Virus record (IMG/VR): IMGVR_UViG_3300035665_002545
Location: 1-56,256 of that record
Reading direction: 5' to 3' (one strand)
Length of the DNA stretch: 56,256 nucleotides
DNA from: a virus
Lineage: Duplodnaviria; Caudoviricetes
Every line of letters begins with the position of its first letter. Within the stretch, counting starts at the first letter, position 1. This document shows positions 1 to 6,724 of this stretch, one piece after another. The notes beneath the pieces were generated by a model. It saw nothing but the letters and a program-made list of their open reading frames with translations, was not told where the DNA came from and did no database searches. The translations under genes were made by a program, and so were the position numbers.

Positions 1-72
1 CTCATGCTCAGGTTTGATGCCGGGAGAAAGAATTGCTTCATCAAGTTGTAAAAAGTTTTTGAAGTCTAACAT
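1..72 (-). CDS. N-terminal part of a late gene that runs off the window (MLDFKNFLQLDEAILSPGIKPEHE...)
   Basis: ATG at 70-72 with an open frame to the window edge. G-rich RBS and TATAAATA just upstream. The MxxFKxFL..E N-terminus is typical of T4-like head-associated proteins. Confidence 0.6.
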   Translation of the reverse strand, partial: MLDFKNFLQLDEAILSPGIKPEHE

Positions 73-93
73 AGAAACCCCCTTGTTTCTATG

Positions 94-101
94 TATTTAT
101 A
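94..101 (-). promoter_or_regulatory. T4-type late promoter TATAAATA
   Basis: Exact TATAAATA on the minus strand about 20 nt upstream of the ATG at 72; gp55 is encoded in the window. Confidence 0.7.
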
Positions 102-104
102 TTT

Positions 105-182
105 TGGAGCACAGAGCCAGATTCGAACTGGCGGTTTTAGAGTTTTGCAGACTCTTGCATTGGGCCACTCTGCCATCTGTGC
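105..182 (-). tRNA. tRNA-Cys(GCA)
   Basis: Acceptor GCACAGA/TCTGTGC, anticodon arm AGAGT-CTGCAAA-ACTCT, T-loop TTCGAAT, U73 and encoded CCA. Confidence 0.93.
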
Positions 183-184
183 TT

Positions 185-268
185 TGGTGCCCCAGGAGAG
201 ACTCGAACTCTCACGCCTTTCAGCACATGATCCTAAGTCATGCGTGTCTACCATTCCACCACCAGGGC
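185..268 (-). tRNA. tRNA-Leu(TAG)
   Basis: Acceptor GCCCTGG/CTGGGGC, anticodon arm CATGA-CTTAGGA-TCATG, long variable arm, A73-CCA. Confidence 0.93.
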
Positions 269-280
269 GAAGAAATTAAC

Positions 281-292
281 TGTTAAAGAACA
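281..292 (-). promoter_or_regulatory. boxA-like antitermination element TGTTCTTTAACA
   Basis: One mismatch to the rrn boxA consensus TGCTCTTTAACA. Directly follows a hairpin and precedes tRNA-Leu. Confidence 0.5.
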
Positions 293-293
293 T

Positions 294-395
294 TGCTACG
301 GGCCCACTCCCCCGCCTTCGTAGCGTAGCATCCTATCTGATGCCTTTCCCTCTATTTGCCTCAGGCGTTGTAGTTCACCAACGACTTAGAGAGGA
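294..395 (-). ncRNA. candidate structured RNA in the tRNA operon
   Basis: GC-rich non-coding spacer with stems CTCTCTA/TAGAGGG, CGTTG/CAACG, GCATC/GATGC and TGCTACG/CGTAGCA. Confidence 0.35.
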
Positions 396-406
396 CTTAT
401 TGAATT

Positions 407-501
407 TGGTAGTAGGTAAGGGATTCGAACCCTTCCGTTTCAGCCCATCTGACCGATCTCCAGGACTTATAAGATCCCGCCGCACACCAGTGCTACCTAC
501 C
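407..501 (-). tRNA. atypical tRNA with UAU anticodon (Ile-AUA reading), short D-loop and long variable arm
   Basis: Acceptor GGTAGGT/ACCTACT, D-arm GCAC-TGGT-GTGC, anticodon loop CTTATAA, variable hairpin TCGGTC/GGCTGA, T-arm AAGGG-TTCGAAT-CCCTT, A-CCA. Confidence 0.75.
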
Positions 502-523
502 GTTCAATTAATCAACAGAAATG

Positions 524-552
524 ATTCTACATCTACTTACGTTGCTTGTCAA
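524..552 (-). promoter_or_regulatory. sigma70-type promoter TTGACA-N17-TAGAAT driving downstream tRNAs
   Basis: Perfect -35 (547-552), 17-nt spacer and -10 TAGAAT (524-529), about 20 nt upstream of the tRNA at 501. Confidence 0.75.
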
Positions 553-589
553 CCACATGATGTCTTATTTTTACAACAAGAAAACTTTT

Positions 590-623
590 TGGCGGAGGAG
601 GTGGGATTCGAACCCACGGACCC
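590..623 (-). pseudogene. 3' half of a tRNA (Ser-like): T-arm, acceptor strand and G-CCA only
   Basis: GGGTCCGTGGGTTCGAATCCCACCTCCTCCGCCA, with no matching 5' half upstream. Confidence 0.7.
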
Positions 624-632
624 TAATTAAAT

Positions 633-721
633 TGGAGGAGGGCTGGTAGAATCGAACTCCAACCGCTTTCGCAGTCCATCCGCTTTCAAGGCGGTGCCGG
701 GCCCAGCCCAGATAACCCTCC
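633..721 (-). tRNA. non-canonical (8/4, allo-tRNA-like) tRNA with UGA anticodon (Ser-UCA reading)
   Basis: 8-bp acceptor GGAGGGTT/AGCCCTCC, long D-stem CTGGGC-TGG-GCCCGG, anticodon loop CTTGAAA, variable arm GACTGC-GAAA-GCGGTT, 4-bp bulged T-stem, U73-CCA. Confidence 0.75.
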
Positions 722-722
722 G

Positions 723-1050
723 TTATTCATAAAGACAAATAAAGTCTTTTCCATACTTACGTTTAACATATGTGAGCACAGGTTCTAAATCTTTTTCATA
801 CAAAACTTTTACATCAGGATTTGCTTCTAGCTTCGCTAACCATTGTTCGGTTTTGTATCCTTTAACTTCTGTCAATGATCCTTCAACTATAAAATCTGGA
901 ATATAATTTTTAACTACCCCATTCCAAATATATTTTCGTTTCTCTGTATTTCGTTTAATGTCCAAATTATGTTCTAAACAATAGATTACAAAAGCCAGTT
1001 CCCAACTAGAATCACAAAAAAACCTTTATACCATCCTTTCTTGCCTCTGC
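723..1050 (-). pseudogene. truncated, frameshifted PD-(D/E)XK (TnsA-like) homing endonuclease
   Basis: GRGKKGWYKG / CDSSWELAF ... YIPDF ... EVKGY motifs. The T7 run at 1016-1022 breaks the frame, and there is no start codon (fused to a tRNA 5' fragment). Confidence 0.65.
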
Positions 1051-1059
1051 CACGCTTCC
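1045..1059 (-). pseudogene. 5' fragment of a tRNA (GGAAGCGTGGCAGAG)
   Basis: Typical tRNA-Ser 5' end located right at the expected start of the upstream sigma70 promoter transcript. Confidence 0.45.
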
Positions 1060-1067
1060 AAAAAACA

Positions 1068-1096
1068 ATCATACAAAAAAATTTGGGGGCTGTCAA
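1068..1096 (-). promoter_or_regulatory. sigma70-type promoter TTGACA-N17-TATGAT for the tRNA cluster
   Basis: -35 at 1091-1096, -10 at 1068-1073, 17-nt spacer. Confidence 0.75.
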
Positions 1097-1102
1097 GCCC
1101 CC
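1075..1102 (-). terminator. intrinsic terminator after hsp20, overlapping the tRNA promoter
   Basis: GGGGGC-TTGACA-GCCCCC hairpin followed by AAATTTTTTT. Confidence 0.55.
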
Positions 1103-1119
1103 TGTTGAACTTTTTAACT

Positions 1120-1617
1120 TTACTCAGTCAAAAGCTGCTTGGGGGCAGCGGGTTCTTTTTTACTTGTACCTGACTCTTTGACTTCTATCTTCTTGGGCTT
1201 CTTGTGCTCAGGAATGATCATATCAAGCCAGATTCGTAGCATGCCGTTGAACATCTCTGCATCCTTGACTTCTAGATTGTCATTAAGAAGGAAGGTGCGA
1301 GTGAAGTTACGATTGGCGATGCCTTTATAGATCCAGTTGTCAATCTCAGCATCTTCCTTTGATATTCCCTTGACAATTAACTTACCTTCAGCAAGTTCAA
1401 TATCAATTTCGGATTTTCCGAAACCTGCTACAGCCATCTCGATGATGTAGCGATCCTCAGAAACTTTCTTGATATTGTAGGGAGGATAGTTGGGGATGCC
1501 TTTGGTGAGGTCATCATGCATCTTTGCCATACGGTTGTATTGGTCATCGAACCCAACGAAATACTTGTCGAAATCTTTGAACATATCGCGTCCAAACACA
1601 TCTTTTAGAAATGTCAT
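1120..1617 (-). CDS. hsp20: small heat shock protein Hsp20 (IbpA-like)
   Basis: NYPPYNI, IEMAVAGF, KGIANRNFTRTF and NGML motifs; AAGGAGA RBS before MTFLKD. Confidence 0.93.
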   Translation of the reverse strand: MTFLKDVFGRDMFKDFDKYFVGFDDQYNRMAKMHDDLTKGIPNYPPYNIKKVSEDRYIIEMAVAGFGKSEIDIELAEGKLIVKGISKEDAEIDNWIYKGIANRNFTRTFLLNDNLEVKDAEMFNGMLRIWLDMIIPEHKKPKKIEVKESGTSKKEPAAPKQLLTE

Positions 1618-1640
1618 GTTAGTCTCCTTTTTAAGCAAGA

Positions 1641-1790
1641 TTAAACTCGGAAATACTCATCTTTGTGGCAACCACATTCAGGACAAAGCCAGAATTGTGG
1701 AAGGTCTTCCCACTTAACTGCTTCTTTAGCTTCATCATACTCATGCCCACAAACTTCGCATACATATGCGTTATATTTTGTTTCGCTCAT
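1641..1790 (-). CDS. rubredoxin (49 aa, missed by the ORF track)
   Basis: [49 protein letters not shown] has CxxCG and W-x-CPxCG knuckles; AAGGAGA RBS. Confidence 0.9.
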   Translation of the reverse strand: MSETKYNAYVCEVCGHEYDEAKEAVKWEDLPQFWLCPECGCHKDEYFRV

Positions 1791-1799
1791 TGGTTTCTC

Positions 1800-1896
1800 C
1801 TTTTCAGCGAGTTGAATTGTCTTACCCTTTAGGCGTAAGAGGCAGATTTGACTAGGATGCCAGCCTAGATCCCATCCCGAGGATATTTTATTTATG
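1800..1896 (-). promoter_or_regulatory. late-promoter variant (CATAAATA) plus a structured leader for rubredoxin-hsp20
   Basis: CATAAATA at 1889-1896; stems CTAGG/CCTAG and TCTTAC/GTAAGA in a ~90-nt untranslated region. Confidence 0.4.
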
Positions 1897-2323
1897 CAGT
1901 TTTGTTAGATTTTTTGCCTAGATTGTACTTAGTTTGAATGTTCCATTCACCTTTTTCTTTGAAGGATAGCACTTTGACTTGTGATAGAGGTGCCATATCA
2001 CTATGACGATCTTGGTTCAGAATGCTTACTAAGCCCCAGTCCTGCAGCAGCTTAGCAATCACATTTCTGCGTTGAAGATCGTTGTCAGTGATATCAGCAA
2101 ACTTTCCATCAAGGGCAAACAGTTCTTTGAAGTGAACAATAAAGTACCTGCCCTGCTTGTGCAGGATATGGCAAGATTGGTAGAGCGTTTTGTCTCTCTT
2201 GGAAGCAACTCCGATTCGTGACAGAGTTTCTTTGACTTTCAGAAAGTCGTCTGCTTCCTTTAGTGTGATCTCAAGCGGGGAGTACCCCACCAGATCAATA
2301 TTGAATGAAATGTCATCAGCCAT
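1892..2323 (-). CDS. regA: translational repressor RegA
   Basis: [16 protein letters not shown]...[27 protein letters not shown]; T4 synteny after gp62. Confidence 0.95.
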   Translation of the reverse strand: MADDISFNIDLVGYSPLEITLKEADDFLKVKETLSRIGVASKRDKTLYQSCHILHKQGRYFIVHFKELFALDGKFADITDNDLQRRNVIAKLLQDWGLVSILNQDRHSDMAPLSQVKVLSFKEKGEWNIQTKYNLGKKSNKTA

Positions 2324-2729
2324 CTTTCAATCCACCTTTTTTTAATTTTTGTTTTAATGTATTGATCTGCTCCTGCGAAAGGATGGTGACACATTCTTGG
2401 GCTTTAGATGTGCTGTACCCATAGTATTGTTTCACAACATCAATCGCTTCTAGCTTTTCAGCTTTAAGCCACTTATTATAACGCTTCTTGCGCTTGATAA
2501 GAAGGCGAAGAAAATCAAACTGTAATTTCTTGTCAAGATGGGTGCGTGAGTTCATTTCATTGGCCTGAATCACAGTATCAGCCCCGTAACTTAACGCTTT
2601 ATTTATAATAAACGGGTTGTACTGCTTTTCTGACCACTCATCTACAATCAGATCCTCCTTAGTGTCGTTGATTGCATTTACAAAGTCAAAGGGGGAAATC
2701 GAGGGAAGGCCTTCTTTCTCCTTGCTCAT
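2316..2729 (-). CDS. gp62: clamp loader small subunit gp62
   Basis: PFDFVNAIN, YNPFIINKALS, ANEMN, VKQYYGYS; between gp44 and regA. Confidence 0.92.
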   Translation of the reverse strand: MSKEKEGLPSISPFDFVNAINDTKEDLIVDEWSEKQYNPFIINKALSYGADTVIQANEMNSRTHLDKKLQFDFLRLLIKRKKRYNKWLKAEKLEAIDVVKQYYGYSTSKAQECVTILSQEQINTLKQKLKKGGLKDG

Positions 2730-3667
2730 TTGAAGGAAACCGACGCCATGATTTCTGTGAGACATGCAACTAGATTGATCTCTTGATCTGCACAGAAAGC
2801 TGACTTGTAGCCATAGTCAGCCAGAATCAACACCAGTTGTGGAACTTCAACTACCTTGTTGGAGAAGTCATCATAGACCTTGCGAAAGATCACCTGTGGA
2901 TCGTTGTCGATGTTGTTCACAACCCACTTACGCATCTTCTGCCAGTCCTTCGCCTTCATTGCATCTGAAAGTTCAGCTGTGCTAACATCTCCAACTTTTG
3001 CGAGGATACCTTCATCAATCTTACCGCTTGAAGAATATCTTTGCAGTTCGTTGATGATCCTGCGATAGTCAGGAAAGAACTTTAGAAGAAGTGAAGCGAT
3101 GACTTTCTCGTCAAACTCAATCCCCTCTCTTTCAAGAATGAACTGAATTCGCTTCATAAACTTACCAGCAATCTTTGGTTTTTCTTCCTTGCTATACTTG
3201 AACTCAATGACTGCACACCGAGAATGCAATGCAGGGATGATTCGATTCTTGTAGTTGCAAGTCAGAATGAATCGACAGTTGGTAGAGAACTCTTCCATGA
3301 ACCTACGCAAGGCAGGTTGAGTAGAGTTAGGATTCAGATAATCCGCCTCATCAAGAATGACAACTTTCGTCTTTCCTGAGAAGGAAACCGTCGAGGCGAA
3401 CTGCTTGATAGTGGTCCTAAGAACATCGATACCCGATTCTTCCGAACCATTGATGATGATGTAGTCAGTTCCCAACTCCTCACAGATTGCTCGAGCAACA
3501 GTTGTCTTTCCCATGCCTGCGCCACCGCACAGAAGCATGTTCTGAATCTCCCCCTTATCAACCGACTCTTGAAACACCGCTCGCTGCTCTGCAGGAAGAA
3601 TGCAATCATCCAGTTTGCGAGGACGATAGCGTTCAACCCACAGAAACTCATTGTCACGAACTTGCAT
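2726..3667 (-). CDS. gp44: clamp loader large subunit gp44
   Basis: LWVERYRP, Walker A GAGMGKTT, Walker B ILDEAD, SRC motif. Confidence 0.95.
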   Translation of the reverse strand: MQVRDNEFLWVERYRPRKLDDCILPAEQRAVFQESVDKGEIQNMLLCGGAGMGKTTVARAICEELGTDYIIINGSEESGIDVLRTTIKQFASTVSFSGKTKVVILDEADYLNPNSTQPALRRFMEEFSTNCRFILTCNYKNRIIPALHSRCAVIEFKYSKEEKPKIAGKFMKRIQFILEREGIEFDEKVIASLLLKFFPDYRRIINELQRYSSSGKIDEGILAKVGDVSTAELSDAMKAKDWQKMRKWVVNNIDNDPQVIFRKVYDDFSNKVVEVPQLVLILADYGYKSAFCADQEINLVACLTEIMASVSFK

Positions 3668-3682
3668 AATATAAGACTCCAA

Positions 3683-4339
3683 TTAGATTGTCGAACCAGG
3701 TTCCATCGCAATCAGATAAGTCATCGTTCCTGCAGCATTCTTGAACTGACAGAACATCTTCTTAGAAATGATGCACTCATAAGCGTCGGGAACCAACTTG
3801 AAGTTTTCAGAGGAAAGGTTGCATTCAAACTCGAGTTCAGTTTCGCCAATCGTCTTGTTGAAACTATTTGCCGACTCATTCTTCCGATCACCAATCTTCA
3901 TTGTAACCCAACCCTTCTTGGCAATCAATGAGATTGTAGGAGCAGAAAGTAGACCTGCCGTCTTGATGATAGTTTGAACATCCTTGGCAGTTAGATTGAA
4001 CTTGAAGTGTTCTTCTACTTCAATGTTCTTGGTGGGAGCAGCAACAATAAGTGATGGTTCGCAGTAGAAGTATTCGAACTTGCCTACATCGTTAGTGATG
4101 CTAAGGCTCTTCTCGCCAAACTCAACCTCTTGATTGTCGCCAAAGGTCAGAAGTTGTAGCAGAGAGTTCAGGTCATAGATAGCAACTTCACGCGGAAAGG
4201 TCTCCGCGACTGATGCCCGAGCGAATACTGATTTGGGGGTCGAGATCGTTGAAATACTCTGGCCCTCCCGAAAGAGAAGATTCGAGTTGATCGTAGCGAA
4301 ATTCTTGAGGATGTTGATTGTTTCTTGCGAGATTTTCAT
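3683..4339 (-). CDS. gp45: sliding clamp gp45
   Basis: MKISQETINILKNFATIN, IYDLN, YLIAME; gp45-44-62-regA synteny. Confidence 0.93.
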   Translation of the reverse strand: MKISQETINILKNFATINSNLLFREGQSISTISTPKSVFARASVAETFPREVAIYDLNSLLQLLTFGDNQEVEFGEKSLSITNDVGKFEYFYCEPSLIVAAPTKNIEVEEHFKFNLTAKDVQTIIKTAGLLSAPTISLIAKKGWVTMKIGDRKNESANSFNKTIGETELEFECNLSSENFKLVPDAYECIISKKMFCQFKNAAGTMTYLIAMEPGSTI

Positions 4340-4646
4340 AATCTAGTTTCTCCTGTTGGGTTTCAAGGTCATGGGTGTAAAGCATAATCATCGCATAATG
4401 AAGAATCTTCATAATGTCCTTACGACTACGACCATCCTTCTTCCCATAACGCTGTGCGTATTTTATAACATTGCCACGGGTAAACGCAATACCATCACCG
4501 TTACTAATGATGAACTCAGTTGTCTGAATATCACCTTGGGCATAGTGTTGACTGTAGGTTGAATTTATATACTGAAGAAGTTGTTTGATTAGTTCTTCTT
4601 CATTGTACTTGTATTGCAGGGGCTTGCCAGGGTAGCTTTCCATCAT
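4188..4646 (-). CDS. DUF3310-like protein
   Basis: STYSQHY...FTRGNVIKYAQRYGKKDG...DIMKILHYA. The C-terminus overlaps gp45 by about 150 nt. Confidence 0.75.
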   Translation of the reverse strand: MMESYPGKPLQYKYNEEELIKQLLQYINSTYSQHYAQGDIQTTEFIISNGDGIAFTRGNVIKYAQRYGKKDGRSRKDIMKILHYAMIMLYTHDLETQQEKLDYENLARNNQHPQEFRYDQLESSLSGGPEYFNDLDPQISIRSGISRGDLSA

Positions 4647-5337
4647 ATACTTTCCTCATTTGTTCATTGCCTCTTAAAAAGAATTCAGGTTTGACTGAAT
4701 CCACTCGATTGCCTGCTCGATAGTTGACCGTGTACTGCCCGGTAACACAGCACTCAATGTTATTATGTTTTAGGACTGTTGTCAATGCCCTATCAACTTC
4801 TGGTTGATCTTCTGGATGCCTTGCCCTACGATACCATAAAGGTGTTAGTTGTAGTGCAAGTTTCTTAGGAAGAAAGAAACAGTTCACATCTACAAAGTAG
4901 TCATTGATAATCGACTTCCAGTTGCCAAGACTCTCACAATCATCATTGCAGATAAAGTTTCCTTCCATGTCTGTGATCTTGCGAAGGGAACACCCAAAAG
5001 CATTGGGTTTGTCTTTCAAACGATTGATTAAACTTTGCACATGGTTGGGTTCAATCCAGTTGTCCTCATCCAGGTAGATGATGTAGTCGCCTTTTGCAAT
5101 ATAGGTCATAGCCCCATATATCCTGTGACCATTGTACTGCTCGGTGCCAGTCGCATATGGAAGTGTGACTACATCTGCAGCGATATCATAATCTAACTTA
5201 TCATGATGATGTTTTCCATCTATGACTACTAGATGCTGGACATTGGGATAGGTTTGTGCTAAAACTGAGTTAATGTTTTGGCGTAGATAAGGGGTGCAAG
5301 TGGTTGCTGTGATGATAGTTACGAGAGGGGTTGTCAT
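4600..5337 (-). CDS. glycosyltransferase, GT2-like
   Basis: PLVTIIT, SVLAQTY, VVIDG, YLDED (DxD). Confidence 0.85.
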   Translation of the reverse strand: MTTPLVTIITATTCTPYLRQNINSVLAQTYPNVQHLVVIDGKHHHDKLDYDIAADVVTLPYATGTEQYNGHRIYGAMTYIAKGDYIIYLDEDNWIEPNHVQSLINRLKDKPNAFGCSLRKITDMEGNFICNDDCESLGNWKSIINDYFVDVNCFFLPKKLALQLTPLWYRRARHPEDQPEVDRALTTVLKHNNIECCVTGQYTVNYRAGNRVDSVKPEFFLRGNEQMRKVYDGKLPWQAPAIQVQ

Positions 5338-6032
5338 ATCACACCTTTATCAAATCTGAAACAGTTATCTAAATTTGTTTGATCAAATCCTTTCAAGGCA
5401 GCAATAGATGGTGGATAGAGAGGCATGTCGAACTCATCAAATCCGTTTCCGCAAAATGAGTAAGGATTTTTAAGTTGGTTCCTTGTTTCTGCAAACCAAC
5501 CCTCATGCATTGAATGAACCATACAGTTGTCCTTTACTGTAGGCCAAACAAAGTCACGCAGATAAACTTGATCATTTGTGTAATAATTTGTTTTTGATGC
5601 GAACTGATGCATTATGTTATGAAGAAAGGCAGATAACTTTCCCTTGTACCCAAAAGCACAAGCGATCACGGGAAACTCAAAGTGTGCCTCATGATCTCTA
5701 TATACATGAAAGGTGTTAGAAGAGGTAACCCATTCGTTAACTGCCATCATTTCTCTAAAGGTAATCCTTCCATCAGAATCTCTAACTATAACCAAGTTAT
5801 CGTCATTTTCAAATAATGGTTCAAACCTCCAAAAGACACCATGTGACCCATCTTTGACTTCGATGATATTTGCATCGGGCATATGATAGTTAGATTTGTT
5901 ATCTACATAAGCTCTAAATTCCCAATCTTTGTAGAACTGTTTTGAAAGTTCGTACTGCCTATGCATTCCTGTAATATACCTAGGATTCGCTCCATACGCA
6001 CTCACTGAAACAATCTTGTTCATTTTTCCCAC
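5334..6032 (-). CDS. putative GT-A-fold glycan-modifying protein
   Basis: FWRF, RDSDGR (DxD), RDH..H, DQVYL..VWP; island context. Confidence 0.5.
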   Translation of the reverse strand: MGKMNKIVSVSAYGANPRYITGMHRQYELSKQFYKDWEFRAYVDNKSNYHMPDANIIEVKDGSHGVFWRFEPLFENDDNLVIVRDSDGRITFREMMAVNEWVTSSNTFHVYRDHEAHFEFPVIACAFGYKGKLSAFLHNIMHQFASKTNYYTNDQVYLRDFVWPTVKDNCMVHSMHEGWFAETRNQLKNPYSFCGNGFDEFDMPLYPPSIAALKGFDQTNLDNCFRFDKGVI

Positions 6033-6721
6033 TCGACCATATAGTCGCTTTGTTGAATATTTTTGTGATTGAAAAATTCAGTTGCTCGAACTGTTCTTAC
6101 CATAACATAAAGTGGATTAGGATGTTGTATATCATGTCGCCCCCCTTTCTCGGGAGGAGAAATTTTGTATGTCCAGTTAGGGTTGGTTGTATCACCTAAG
6201 AACACCTCAGTATCTTTGTACCCATTTTTTTCAGAGTAAAGAGAAAAGAATAGTTCAGGTGACATTTGCCAAAACCCATGACCACATTGATTGTTTGCAG
6301 GTAACAGGTGTAAAATTTGACCCCCCACTTTACACATCTTTGATAGATTTTTAAAAGCCTGAGGAATGTTGTATATGTGTTCTAATGAACCCCCATCAAA
6401 GATAGTATCGTATGATTCGAAATAATTTTCGATAGGTATGTTTAGATCATGTAAAACAGTCGCACCTTCATACGAAGATACATCCATAGAGTCAACATAA
6501 TCAGCTCCCAAATGTTCTATGAGAATATTTTCTGCGAATTCAGATGTATTCATATAGTTAGGATCTTCATTTGGTTTGTAAGAATGAGCGTTCAGAATAG
6601 CTTGGATTGCCCATTTTGGGGAATGGTTACCCTGTCTACCTATTGTCAAAGTTTTCTTAAAGGGGCCAAACTTATCATATGAAATGCGAAGAAGTTTCAG
6701 AGCCTGTATATCAATTCCCAT
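6020..6721 (-). CDS. class I SAM-dependent methyltransferase
   Basis: SMDVSSYEGA, HDLN.PI, YDTIFDGGSLEHI, KVGG. Confidence 0.75.
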   Translation of the reverse strand: MGIDIQALKLLRISYDKFGPFKKTLTIGRQGNHSPKWAIQAILNAHSYKPNEDPNYMNTSEFAENILIEHLGADYVDSMDVSSYEGATVLHDLNIPIENYFESYDTIFDGGSLEHIYNIPQAFKNLSKMCKVGGQILHLLPANNQCGHGFWQMSPELFFSLYSEKNGYKDTEVFLGDTTNPNWTYKISPPEKGGRHDIQHPNPLYVMVRTVRATEFFNHKNIQQSDYMVEWEK

Positions 6722-6724
6722 GTT

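Noticed and set aside
14-630. Several short ORFs from the track over the tRNA region
   Set aside because: They overlap clear tRNA genes and have no RBS or recognisable motifs.
633-721. Call as tRNA-Sec or opal suppressor
   Set aside because: The anticodon on the coding strand is UGA (reads UCA, Ser), not UCA; the TTCA seen on the plus strand is the reverse complement.
590-1059. Split or trans-spliced tRNA made from the 5' fragment (1045-1059) and the 3' half (590-623)
   Set aside because: GGAAGCG and CTCCTCC pair at only 5 of 7 positions, and neither piece has an anticodon arm.
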